DNA of 64,000 nt, from the NCBI RefSeq assembly GCF_009834535.1, contig NC_045696.1:25422001-25486000 (forward strand). Direction: 5' to 3'. Under the pieces are notes generated by a model, which was given only the letters and a program-made list of their open reading frames with translations, searched no databases and was not told the origin of the DNA. Source of the stretch: Camelus ferus (lineage: Eukaryota). The position numbers were made by a program, and so were the translations under genes. Positions 1 to 12,329 of the stretch are shown piece by piece. Position 1 is the first letter of the stretch, and each line of letters opens with the position of its first letter.

Positions 1-530
1 ATACTTGGAAACTTGGAAAGGGTACTGGGGAGTTGGAACTCTGGAAATATGGAAAGAAAACAAAAATGACCAAGAGAGAGAAATTTTCTGTGGAGATCAT
101 AGATAACAAGGAAAAATGAGTGCTGGATATAAAAATAGGAATAGATCTTTTATTTTTAATGTAGATTTTCATTAGAGTGCTTTGTCATAAAAGCAGACCA
201 TAGTGAGTTAAGAGGAAAGATCGAATGCAATTCAGAGAATCTTGGAATCTAAAAGAATAAAACATGAGAGAGTAGGAAGAAGGTTAGATGATGGGGATGT
301 TTATTGTGGTTTCTTTTGCTTTTCTTTTGTTTTAAAGATGAAATCAAATTTGTCTATAGTTAGAGAAATAGGCTGGTAGATTTCAAAGTATGAGAAGCTG
401 AAGTTTGTGGGAACAGAAGAGACAAGTGTGAAAGAAAATGCTTGAGGAGGAGATGTGAGAGTAATGGATTACAGGATATTGATTTTATAGAGATAGAAAT
501 ATCTTTGAAATTTCACTCAACGATGAAAGG
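1..530 (-). mobile_element. Highly diverged L2 LINE internal fragment
   Basis: Purine-rich sequence resembling the antisense L2 body; boundaries approximate. Confidence 0.4.
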
Positions 531-2616
531 ATTCCTGCCCAGTGATGTATACATCACTTTGATGGTGTTAATACCAAAAGCAGGAGCTGAGAAGACAGAA
601 AGGTAGGAATTCGACTCCATAAAGAAGACAGGCAAGATGTGTCTAACTGCTTATTTGACAACACACACTCATGCCCACACATACACACTAATGTTACTGT
701 TCCCTGCTGATACGTATTTTCCCATTCCTTGACTGTTATTCTATACTCCCAGCCTGACTGTACTTATACTCCCAGCCTGACTATTTAAAATTGATCAGTA
801 GCATTTTAATTAGCACATCATAATGCAAATGCCCTTGGCAATTAGTGCTCTGCATGACTGTCCTCTGTTATGTGTGCTTTTTTGCATCAGGGACCATTTC
901 TACCACTGTGTTCTTACTTTCTGACAATTATTATACAGTCTGGTCAGTGGTTTTGACCTTTAAGCCTAATGAATTTGTGCAACTGATAGTGCTGGAAACC
1001 ACAGAGGCAACTGGAAGGGATAGAGTATCATGCTTGGATATAAAAGTGATAGATCTAGGATGCAGCTGCTCTTAGTGAAATGGTCAAGGAAAAAGATGAC
1101 GAGCAGACCATGGCGGATTGGTGGATATATTTTAAATTGTGAAACTTACTGCAAATGCAAGGTCAGCAAAGATGAGTTACCAGAAATAGACCTGTATCTG
1201 TGGAAAAACTAAAGGCCTGAGTCAAGTTATGATTTCAAGAGGTTTGAAGAAAATGGAAGAACAATTCCCAGTCGTGATGTCAGGAGGTCATTCCTATAGA
1301 CTGCCAGTCCAGTAAAAATACGGAGAAAACGTGTCTTATCAGATGCCATCCACATAATCAATACTCACTATTAAGCAATACATTTTGCTGCCCTCCATGA
1401 AATAGGATCAATGCTTGCTGTAGTTATTGTATAGTTATTACAATTATGTCATTTTTTGCAAAATAATCTGATGTTAAAGATGTCTTTTAAAATAAGCAGG
1501 GTTTATTTTCCGATTTATTCCAAGATTCTGGCTTTTAGGTGAATATCTTAGCATGAACATCTTAATCATCACCCTGATTAGAATGTACCTCTCTTCTCCA
1601 GTTTTAGAAGCCACAAGTGTAACCTTGAATGTGAATACTTTACATACGTTTTTTGAATTTTCAGATTTAAAAAATATAGACACTCTGCTTTTGGGGAAAT
1701 CAGTCTGCAATATTTACCTTAAATTTCAAATGTATAACTAGTTATAACTGTTTTTAACTAGTTTTAACTGGCTGTGAAATGGATAAGTTTTTTCTCAGTT
1801 TATATTTACGGTATGAAATAAGGAACCAGGTGGTGTTTCTGCTTCAGTAGTCTGTGTCTATTCAGCAGAAAATATTAAAATATACTAGACCTTTTAAGTT
1901 CCATCTGCCCAAATACCTGGTCTCTCTCCTCCCCATAGGTTCCAGGCATTCATGTTAAACATCTTTATAATGATTCTATCACATAAAAAGTCATTAAAAA
2001 GCATGATTGCTCAACCCTGTGGATTCCTCCAAAAGGAAAAGAAAAGGAGATGGAATCATTATATTGCATATTTTCATATTATAGAAAAATGTTTGGGAAA
2101 AATAATTTAAGTTCTTAGGGATTGCAAAGGGACATTTTATAGTAATATCTGAATAATTTTAAAAGATCACCAACACTTGTTCATCTATTTAAGATGGTAA
2201 TGATAGTGTAGATTTTAATTGAGAAAAGGATAGGAAACAAATGTTTTTAGACTCATGATATTGTTAAAATGCTTCAGTACTTAAAGGGTTAGGGCTTTGC
2301 CTATCAAACACTAATATTCTAACTCTGTTCTAACAAAGTCACAAAAGAACAACAATACAATTGCTTTTTCGGTTTTGTTTTTTGCAGGGACAAAATACAG
2401 TTTGGTTCCTAAAAACAAATATATTTCATAAAATTGTCAATAAATTAAGAGTTTCTACATTAGACTAGATTTCACATTTGACTATTATTGGGTGAAAAAG
2501 ATGGGATAGAACTTTGGGGTTAATATTCTATTGCACTAGAATATAGAATAATATTCTATTTAATATTCTATTGAAATAAGCCAAATAACCACGCTAATGA
2601 GGGAACTGTCACTTAC

Positions 2617-2811
2617 TGAAGCTGTTTTACTGGTCTCCCCTTCCGAGCTGCCCATGGTGATCACAATGGTGGTATTGATCACATGGCACCAGCCACTCTG
2701 GCACTTCAGTCCCCCCTCGGGTGCCTTAGAGTGGTATCTAAGACACATTTCTCCTCGGACTCCCTACCCCAAACCTTAAGACTGAAAGATCCAATTCAAA
2801 ATTTCAGTACC
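2617..2811 (-). other. Candidate spliced exon carrying a translation start (MGSSEGETSKTAS, phase-0 donor); host gene not identified
   Basis: Minus strand: ATCACCATGG Kozak ATG at 2655, 39 nt open to TCA|GTAAGT donor (intron 2616-2611), pyrimidine-rich acceptor cattcattatctttatccttcag|G at 2811; locally GC/CpG-richer than flanks. Confidence 0.3.
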
Positions 2812-2834
2812 CTGAAGGATAAAGATAATGAATG

Positions 2835-3125
2835 TTAATTCACTTCTCTAACAAATATCCGTTGACTTCCTAATTTATACCTAGCATATGTTAGTTCTTG
2901 TGGATTCAAAAATAAGATCAAGGTTTACTCTCCCAGGGCTCACAATTAAGTGGATCTATATCTATATCTATATCTATATCTATATCTATATCTATATCTA
3001 TATCTATATCTATATCTAGTCTTAACAACAATACAATGTGATATATGCTACATCCAATCTACAGATCTGTGCTTTTGGGGTAGATTATAGGAGTAGAGAG
3101 AAGGTAGTGGCTATCCTTGCCTGGG
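2835..3125 (-). mobile_element. L2 3' end remnant interrupted by a microsatellite
   Basis: ttcacttctctaacaaatat...cctagc...ttcttgtggattcaaaaataaga...ctcccagggctcaca resembles the antisense L2 terminus. Confidence 0.5.
2954..3018. repeat. Pure (ATCTAT)n hexanucleotide microsatellite, about 11 units
   Basis: Read directly from the sequence. Confidence 0.97.
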
Positions 3126-4613
3126 TGGGGAAAAAAACAAACAAACAGAGAGACAAAGAACTAACATTTGTGGAAAACTATAATTAGGATTGATTATTAG
3201 GATTATTATAAGGATGGAAATTATATTTTAGAGCACGTAGGACAGTTCCTGGTGCTATATAATTATCAGTTCAATAAATATATGTTCTTTGGCTTTCGGA
3301 ATACATTCTAAGTTTCTTCTTGATTTACCTGTTTGGTATGATGAAAATAATATGTAACAATTTGGCAAACATCAGAAAAATCTTTCAGAAGAACAATTAG
3401 TTTTTCCACAAAAGCAAGAATATTAAAGTCAAACCAAGTAGAACACATCACAGCCTCTCTTGCTCCAATTTAAATTTAATGAACTCTTAGCTGAACTAAA
3501 TGTCTCATCTCCATAAACTTAGAGGCACAAGATTTACAGAAACTGCAACTTCAACATTCTTTGACAGTAGATACAGCTATAAATCAGGGGATACATTTAT
3601 TTCCTTCCAGGGTGCTGGTTTTATGCCATCTGCTAATGTGGCATCTTGCCCATTTGGAACGTTGTCAGTTTAGACAGGACTGAGGTGCTCCCTCCCTGCT
3701 CTGCTCCTGACTCAAGACTGACTCTATTACTTTGGGGGATGGTTGAGGCAAGGAGAGCAATCTCAATTAACAGTCAGCCTAGACTGTTCAGATTCCTGGC
3801 CCATCTGCCCAGGGCACTGTGACAGTGAAACTTTTTTCAGTGCATCAAAAGCACTTGATTGGTGGCAAAAGCAAGAAAGAGTGGATATGTGTTCATGTTT
3901 AACTACAGAAGGCATCCAGGTGTTCAGTTTGTCTCATGTATCTTCTATGTTCCTTTACTAGCATCCACCCTGGTTCCCACCTATTACTTCTGACAGGTAG
4001 GTAATGCCACTTCCCTAAGACCATTATGGGGTGTTACCTTTGCCCTTGACTGTATCATATGAATGTGATATTAAAGAGTGGTCTTCTAGGCAACATTTAG
4101 GCACACAAAGTCCTTCAATGATCAAAACTATATAAAATCTGACTATTCTCTTTTCAAAATATCTTGCGGATTCCATCTGTTTTTAAACTGATTTAACCCT
4201 TCCCACAATATTTGTATCTTTGATCAGAAGCCTCTTTTTTCTTTTCTTCTATTTATTTCTAATGCATGGTTAGATGTGTTGTAATATTATATTTTAATCC
4301 ATATCAATAGATACTAACCCACTTAATTTTTAGGGACATTGGGAAACAATGTATATTCTTACAAGTCAGGCTTATGGGAAAATATATGACTAACATAGTT
4401 TTCCGGCTTTATACCTATATGTAATTCATATATTTATTTTACTATTCTAGGTGCATCATGTGTCCCCTTTTCAATATACTATTCATCCTCAACTAAATTA
4501 AAACTAGGAATTACTATAAAATAGGCTGTTGCATTTTAACAAAATAGAATGAGTTTAGTGACTCTTCAGTAGTTTAATAAACATCCTTATGATTTTTTAA
4601 TGGTCCTCAAGTT

Positions 4614-4915
4614 CTTTTTTTATTATCCTTTAAAATAAAATTATAAATATTTACAATATACAGTATGATGTTTTGATATGCATTTACATAGTGAAATAAT
4701 AGTTGAAGCTGAAAGACATTATGCTAAGTGAAATAAGCTAGACACAGAAGGAAAAATACTACAAGATCTCACTTATATGTGGAATCCCAAAAAGCAGAAA
4801 AATGTAGAAGCGGAGAGTAGAAAAGCGGTCACAAGAGGTGGGAGAAATGGGAAGTGTTGGTCAAAGGGTACAGAGTTGCAGGTTTGTAGAGTGAATTAGT
4901 TTCAGAGTTCTAAGG
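4614..4915. mobile_element. L1MA-type (about L1MA9/10) 3' region in two opposite orientations
   Basis: About 4625-4702 is the antisense L1 terminus (atgatgttttgatatgc...acatagtgaaataat) beside a T-run; about 4703-4915 is sense ORF2 end/3'UTR (gacattatgctaagtgaaataagc...ctcacttatatgtggaatc...ggtcaaagggtaca). Confidence 0.8.
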
Positions 4916-5734
4916 TAATCTGTATAATACATTGTAACAGCATGGTTTCCTACCTAATCATCACCATTCTTCCTTACATTTGAGTGGTTTTTACTGATCA
5001 CAGAAATATTCACATTCACACCTACACAGCAAACTTTGTATTTCTTATATCTCTGGGCCATGTTGAAGTGCTGATAACTACAAGACATGATATAATTAAT
5101 AATTTTCATGGGCAACAGAATTCTGATATTATCAGATTCAAATTTCTTTTATGAACTGTCTCTAGATATTCATTCAGTGTATTCTTCCAACATTAATTGC
5201 AGACCTACTATGAAGTAGGCACCATAACCTTGGATAAGTAATTAGATGATTACTTGAGCATCACATTCAAATTGGTTGGTATCCCACAGAATTTTGTGAA
5301 AAAAGTTAACTGATACTGATTGAACATAAAAAAGAGTGGGCATGACATAATTATTCAGGCATGAATAAAAAGCCATAGATACTTGAAACTTCTGACACTA
5401 CTAGCTCAGGCATGCTGGATCTAGATTCAGGAGTAATTGTCACTCACCTCCTTCTAGGCTTAACCATGTGTCCTCAACTTTTCATTTATATAACGTGATG
5501 TACCTGAAAGTTCACAACACTGGTAGGTGAGATTTTACAGATGCAGTATTCTCAGATTCACTCTATAGGGAGTTCCACTAGCCTGCTTATTTGTTTTTCT
5601 AATATTAAATTGATAATGCGACTTTTGAATGGCCTATTTTACCCCTGGTAGGGAACATGTTGTATTTTGACATTCCACATCAGTTCAGTTATCAAAATCT
5701 GCCTAAAAATAGGGAGTATAATCATTAGCCTTTT

Positions 5735-5806
5735 CAGTCCGAACACCTAGCACAGTGCCTAAAACAGAGTATGAACGCTCAATGGTTGTATGACAAATAA
5801 ATAAAT
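5735..5806 (+). mobile_element. L2 3' terminal fragment
   Basis: cacctagcacagtgcct...gctcaat...aaataaataaat motif. Confidence 0.55.
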
Positions 5807-7380
5807 TACCCCGCTGGAATGTGTGTATGTGTTGTTTGAAAAACAACACTTATAAAGTTTAAAAACTTATATATGTGTATTTAATTTTTTTTTTATTTTA
5901 TAGAATCTTTTTTTTTAACTAGTGAAATGACAAAACTCTTACCATTGAACCAACTTTCTCAGACTAATAGAGTAATACTCATCTGTTTATATTTCGTTAA
6001 ATAATTCAGCTTATAATTATGGTATAAAGTGTTTGTGTTTCTTAAGTAACTGAGCTGATAGAAGAAACAACTTGCCTTACCTCTGAGAAAATTAAAATGT
6101 CAGAATAATTTGAACATCACTGACCATGCAGAAAAAGTTGATCAAAAGATAAATCATTCTTTCAAGAAATATGTTGTTTAAATATGCTTACTTCTTTAGC
6201 TTCATAAAAGCACAACCCAAAGGCCTTTTATTTTCAGCCAAACAAAAAATATGTTCAAAAGTTATCCAAGCCTTAGTTATTAAATATTTTTAAAAAAACC
6301 TACATAACAGTTTTTAAGTATTTTATAGTGACTAAAAGGTGGTTTTATAATATGAAGGAAGACTTTTATGTGTTTAAAATCAGATGAATCACAAAAGTGG
6401 TGAGGTTTTAAATTTATAGGATAAACATTATACTATGTACTGTGGTTGTAAAAAACATGGGTGAAATAGTAAATCTAAGAATCCTGTATTTACGACTACA
6501 TTTTGTAAGCACTAATGCCAGTGAATTAAGCTTAGTAGGTCAAAATAATGTGAAAAAGTATTCCCAAGATAGTTTTAAGTATAAGTAAGTAGAAATATTA
6601 ACCTAACAAAGAGGTCCTTTGAAAAAAAATGACCAATCAATGAAGAAGAAGGTTGTTCATGCCAAATGAGTCTTGTGTGATACCAGAATGACAAATGAGG
6701 GAGCTGTGCACTAGCCTGGTATCAAATAAAGGAATTTTTGCTTTGTTTGTGATTATTGTTTTAAATATAAAGACCATGTGCATGTGTTCGTAAATTGGTA
6801 TATTAATGAAAGAGGAATTTACATGCATTTCATTTTAAATGAAAAAGTTGTTAGGTTTTGATATTTGGGGACATCAGAAGGTCAAGGAGCAGAAACAAAT
6901 CAGTATGAGAAGTACAGCGATGACTTCTAGGTACAGGTGTTAAAAATTGTTGCTTAGGATTGTTGGAATCCCACCTACAAGCGAAGGGAATACGTTGTGT
7001 GACAAATGGTAGTCATGAAAGTTGAGTGTGTCATTCATGTTATGTGGAGTTTAGACTTCAGGGCTGGATATCAAAATGTCTAGAGCTATAAGGAGTTGTG
7101 TTCAGATAAGACTAGAGGAATAGCCTAGATTTTGTTCAAATAGTGCAAAACCTGCATAATATTCAAATAGGAATCAAAATGTTAGAAAAATATGTGGTTA
7201 AAATAACAAGATTTAGATCAGTAGTGTAATTACATTATTTTAAAAATAGAATTATATTTAAGAATGTTCTCTTTGCTCTAAAGATTCTTAATCTTAAAGA
7301 TATTTAAATGAACTGAAGACATTAGTATAGAATATTTTGATTTTTAAAAAAAATAATATTTTCAAAGCAGATTTCTTGAG

Positions 7381-7887
7381 TGTATTAATTTTATTTTGCT
7401 ACATAGAAAATTACTCCAAAATTCAGTGGCTTACAACAATAAACATTTATTATCTCACACAATCACACAATTTCTGAACGTTAGTCATCTCAGATTGCCT
7501 TAGGTGTGTGATCAAGGTCTCTCACGAGGCCACAGCCAAGATGTATCTAGGAATGCAGTCATCAGAAGGCTCGACTGGGGCTGCAGGGTCTGTTTCTAAG
7601 ATGGTTCACCCACATGGCTATGAAAGGAGATTTCAGTTTCTCACTGACTGCCATGTGATCCTCTCTGGACATAGCAGCTGGCTTCCCCCCTGGAGAGTAA
7701 TCCAAGAAAATAAGGCAGAAGCCACAGTGTCTTGTAAAACTAGACCTCAGAGGCAACCCACCATCACTGTTGCTATATTCTATTGGTCACATCAACCAAC
7801 CTAAACACAGTTTGAGAGGAACCTACACAGATGTACAAACACCAGAATACAGGGCATAACGGGACATCTTTGAGGTCAGATGACACA
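7381..7887 (-). mobile_element. MaLR solo LTR (MLT1F-like)
   Basis: TG...CA termini, cagtggcttacaacaataaacatttattatctcaca motif, near-perfect 5-bp TSD TTGAG (7376-7380) / GTGAG (7888-7892). Confidence 0.85.
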
Positions 7888-7892
7888 GTGAG

Positions 7893-7973
7893 AGGCAAAG
7901 AAGAAGAAAAGAAGAAGGAAGGGAAGGGAAAGGAAAGGAAGAGGGAAAAAAAGGAAAAGAAAGAGAAAAAAGG
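7893..7973. repeat. Polypurine (GA-rich) low-complexity tract
   Basis: gaagaagaaaagaagaaggaagggaagggaaaggaaagg... Confidence 0.85.
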
Positions 7974-8274
7974 ACACTCCAGAATCTGAGCAATTACTTC
8001 TTCCCATTTTAGAAACTAGCACTTAGAAACCATGAACACCACCTAAAAATAAAATTTCATTATTTAAGTTTTGCCAAAGCATTGATATTTTTTAGCAATT
8101 AGTCAGCTATAATCCAGGAGAGTTCTCATATGTAGCAATTGATTGATCAGAATGTTTTATTTTTAATTGGACTGTATTAAAATATGAGTGTCTTCCAAAA
8201 GGAATGTTAAATTATATGGTACTTCCATGATATTTATAAATTTTAAACTTTACCACTAAATGACAATCTTAGAT

Positions 8275-8440
8275 TAGGGTTGCCTGATTTACCAAATGAA
8301 AATTCAGAATGTCCAGTTGAATATGAATTTCAGATACACAATGAATATTATTTAGTTTAAATATATTCCATAATAAACAACATTTATTTACCTGAAATTT
8401 AAATTTAACTGGGTGCCCAATATTTTATCTGGTAACTTTG
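8275..8440. mobile_element. MER53-like palindromic hAT MITE
   Basis: Termini tagggttgcc...atctggtaactttg; inverted arms ccagttgaatatgaatttcag / ctgaaatttaaatttaactgg; 8-bp TSD TCTTAGAT (8267-8274) / TCTTAAAT (8441-8448). Confidence 0.85.
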
Positions 8441-11350
8441 TCTTAAATTGCTCTCAAGCTACTGTTTGTTCAAACATAGTGAAAGTTTAGGTGGTATGAA
8501 TTCTTCCCTTCCACATGTTATTTTTGCCCCAGAAACTTCTATTTAAAAAAAAAATAAGTATATCAAAGAAAATAGGTTGCATCCATAGTTATTATCCATT
8601 AAATGAGTGTGTTTGTGTATGTGTGTATCTCCAAAGCTTGAGCAGGAGGATACCTTGACAATTGAATAAACGTGTATGTTACTATTTTTACATGTAAGAT
8701 TGTTCAAGTCATGTCTAGGGATGCACATGATAGTCAAGCTTCCAATTCTATGATCAATTTTATAGCTTGATTGAATCAGTAACCTGACCACTTTAAAGGC
8801 TGTAGAAATCTCTAAACCTTAAAGACATTACAACTACTTTAGAATTCCTATGTCTCTGTCTCCTTTCCTTGAGGTTTGCTGCCTGTTTTCTGAATGTTCT
8901 TTTCTGTCTTGAATTGTCCATCTCAGGATGAGAATTGTGATGCCACTCTAATACAATTTAGAAGAAAATCAAGAACGACCCAGGAAGCAGGGAAACAATT
9001 ACAGTGTCAGCCATGAAAATTCATTGCCTTTTATGCAGTGTATGTTGAACCAGTCTAGAAGGTACATTTAGCTTGCCCATCTCTTTCCGCTGAGGTCACA
9101 TACGGGTTGCTTGACCAAGACAGGCACGATGTAGAATCGCTGACTTTAAGTCGCATGGTCAATTTATTTTTCTGTGCATGCTGATCTAGTATATCCTCAA
9201 ACCACAAATAAATATGTGAAATGCTATCACAGTTAACATTTAAATATTCTACAGCTTTTTTAAAATGTGCAACTCAAAGCTGAGCCTTGTGCAAGATAAT
9301 GATCTAATCTTTGCACGACACTGTACTAATCACTGGGTTTTGAAGTTTGGGTCTCAAAATTTATTTCTAAGAGATGGTAATACACTGAAGCTTTCAAAAC
9401 TTCACTCAAAGCCATTTTTTAAAAATGCATGCTTTGATATAAGACCATGCATAGAATGGAGCTGGAATTAGTCTTCCAAGGAAAAAACATTTTACATATG
9501 GCATTAAGTATAAATGATGATAAAGAAGACAAAAAGACACTAGTATACTGCTTTCTAGTCAGAGTTGGTCGCCACTGGCTGAATTTCTTACAACTGGCAA
9601 AAAACAGTATTAGTCTTTCGAGTAGTATTAAGCAGGGCAATTAATATTTAAATGGAAAGAAATCAACAGATGGCATGGAGGAAAATTTTTTAAATAATTT
9701 CAAACACTGCCAATAGTTTGGGAAGTATTTTGGGTTCCTTTAATTAAAATGTCACATATGGATTTTAAAGTACACACAAAAAATATTATTATTCTGAATT
9801 CTGAACAAATAGACAAATGATTGAAAAATAAAAAGTTGAGATTTTTAAAAATTATTATACATGTACCTTAAAAGTTCAGAAATTTCCTCCTATAATCAAG
9901 GAGGAAGCTTTTGCAATGTTGTTTCACTTTTGTTTATGCCCTACATACCATAACATGCACAAATGAATATTGGAAAAAGAAAACAAAGAAAAAAAGGATG
10001 ATATTGCTTATAAATATATTGCCCGCTATTGCCTAGTATTTCTCTGTTTTAACATCATTATCAGTTTTTTAATAATGCCATCAACATCCCTGCTTGATGA
10101 CTAGATAAATGACTAGATACTGATGCCATCTAGCTTTTTCTGCACCTTCAAACATAATGCCTGGGGAGGACAGAGTCGGGTCACTCTAATATATAAGCAT
10201 GCTCTCAAGTGAGCTGCTGTCTCTCAAGGACGTTAAGATACCCACTGCAAAAGGTTAAGCATATACAGTCCTAGGATTGGAGTGACAAATTTTATGTCTA
10301 CTAAGAACCTAAAAGTTTGTTGGATTTGCAAGATTTTGTGCAAGCCACAGCATTTGTAAGACAGGCAATATTCTTTCTTGAGAAAGAATTTATATTCTCT
10401 GGCAAACACTAAGCAGACATTTGTTAGAAGAGCCTCTCCACTGAAAACTGTGTAAATATTGGCCACTTTTATTTTATTTAAAATATGCCATCCTGAACTG
10501 GGCTCATAGCAATAACATGCTGGAAGGACATTCTCTGTAGAATGAGTAAACTCTAACTTGTACCATGTTTTAAAAATTGTATGTGGAATATATGTGTGAT
10601 GTATATCAACAGATATGCAGCCTACATTGGGAACATCTTGAGTTTTCAATTTTAAATGTAATCAGCTGGGATACATATATATATTTGATTTATGTATCAA
10701 GAATCTATATGAAGATATAGATTTATAAACCTGTAAAAAATTCTGCCCATCTCTTTCACTAATATGCCTAATTTTGCAAAGAGTAGGCAAGTTAAATCAA
10801 ATATGATTATAATCAGAGAACAACTTAGAAGTAGGAATTTGTTTGAAAAGGTTAAATGCCCGATTGAGTCATTTTACAAGATATAAGTATTAGGAATAAT
10901 TGGATGTTAAATTATTAACTTTTAGATTTAAAGCAGGAATATCTTGAACCATTTCTATTTTAATTTTTAGTTAAATGATCAACTATGACATTTAAATATA
11001 TGCATTCAGGAATTCAACAAATTTTTAGAATCTATCTGAAAGCAGATAAGATACAGAGATAAATAACCCAAGTCCTGAAATCAAGGCATTGAGACCATAG
11101 GGGGAAAAATAAGCAAGGAGCCTCTCAGAGAGTCATTAAAAGTTGTGGTTTATATGAATTTCTTTAAATTATGTTGACAGCATCAAGATTTTGGTTGTTT
11201 CTAATATTCCTTGACTATCAAGGTGTGATTGTATGTTGCTGCAAAAAAAAAAAGTCAATGGAGAAAAAATGAGTATTTTTAAGGTACATTTCTAGAGACT
11301 AACCATAAAGAAATGGAGCATGTAATTAGCAGGACATGCCTTGAAGGTTT

Positions 11351-11695
11351 ATTTATTTGTTCACTCACTAATTCATTCAGTAAATATTTAGAGGTTGACT
11401 GTGTCTCAGGTGCTATGCCAAATACTGGGAAATGGTGATTCAAAAGCAACCAGGGTCTCTGTTCTCATGGAATCCGGAACTAGTGGAGAGACTGAAACAA
11501 ACGTGAGAAATAAATGTGATTCTGCCTACAGTTACAAAGAAGACATACGATGAGCTCTGAATCAGGTAGATCAGAGAAGGTATCCCTAAAAAATAAATGA
11601 TACTGATGTGGACAAGGAGGATAAGTAGAAAGTAGCCATGACTCAGAGAGCTAAGTGGCATCCAGACAGGGAGAATGGCATGGACAAAGGCCTTC
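11351..11695 (-). mobile_element. L2 3' region
   Basis: ttcattcagtaaatattta...tgtgtctcaggtgctatgcc...ctctgttctcatggaa...ccagacagggagaatggcatggacaaaggcct. Confidence 0.8.
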
Positions 11696-11998
11696 CAGCC
11701 AAAGGGATCGGGCCAAGCAGGGAAAGGTAACCAAAAGAAAGGAACTGACACTCACCGAGGACAAGTAGTCCACACACAGTGCCCAGCAAAATTTAGGGCA
11801 TATATGAGATGCTCCACAGTTTCTTATAAAGAAACTGAAGAAAGAATTAGAAAGCTCTAGGTAATTATCCCTGGTCTATTTTTACACCTGCCTGTCAGTG
11901 AATGATGGAAGGGTTGGTTAAATTATGTGCTAAGTATTAGACCTTCCTCCTACCTCTTTTTTATGTTGTTGACTTGTGGGGATGTCTTCTCACACACC

Positions 11999-12270
11999 TA
12001 TGGTGGGTAGTTCATTGCACTGGTGCCCCCAAAGAACCCTGTCTTCCCGTATCCGTGTCTTTGTTGTGGTCTGTTCTCCTTAAATCTAGGCAAGCTGCTT
12101 CGAGTAATAGAATGTGGTAGGAGTGACATTATTCCAGATTCAGGCCTTAGCCTTAAGAAGAAGTGGCAGTTTCTACATTTGGATTCTTGGGATTCCTGAA
12201 CTGTCATGTAAGATACCTGATTCTGCTGCTAGAGAGACCATGTAGGGAGGAAAAGGATGTGAGGATACAT
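11999..12270 (+). mobile_element. MaLR LTR 5' half (MLT1G/H-like)
   Basis: aatagaatgtggtaggagtgac...ggccttagccttaagaag...ggcagtttctac...catgtaaga. Confidence 0.75.
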
Positions 12271-12329
12271 GGAGGAGAATGAGAAATACAGCAAGAGATA
12301 AAACTGCAGATATATATAATCCCAATTAA

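Noticed and set aside
742..782. 18-bp direct repeat TATACTCCCAGCCTGACT (742 and 765) as a CRISPR-like array
   Set aside because: Only two copies with a 5-nt gap in mammalian DNA; a simple tandem duplication
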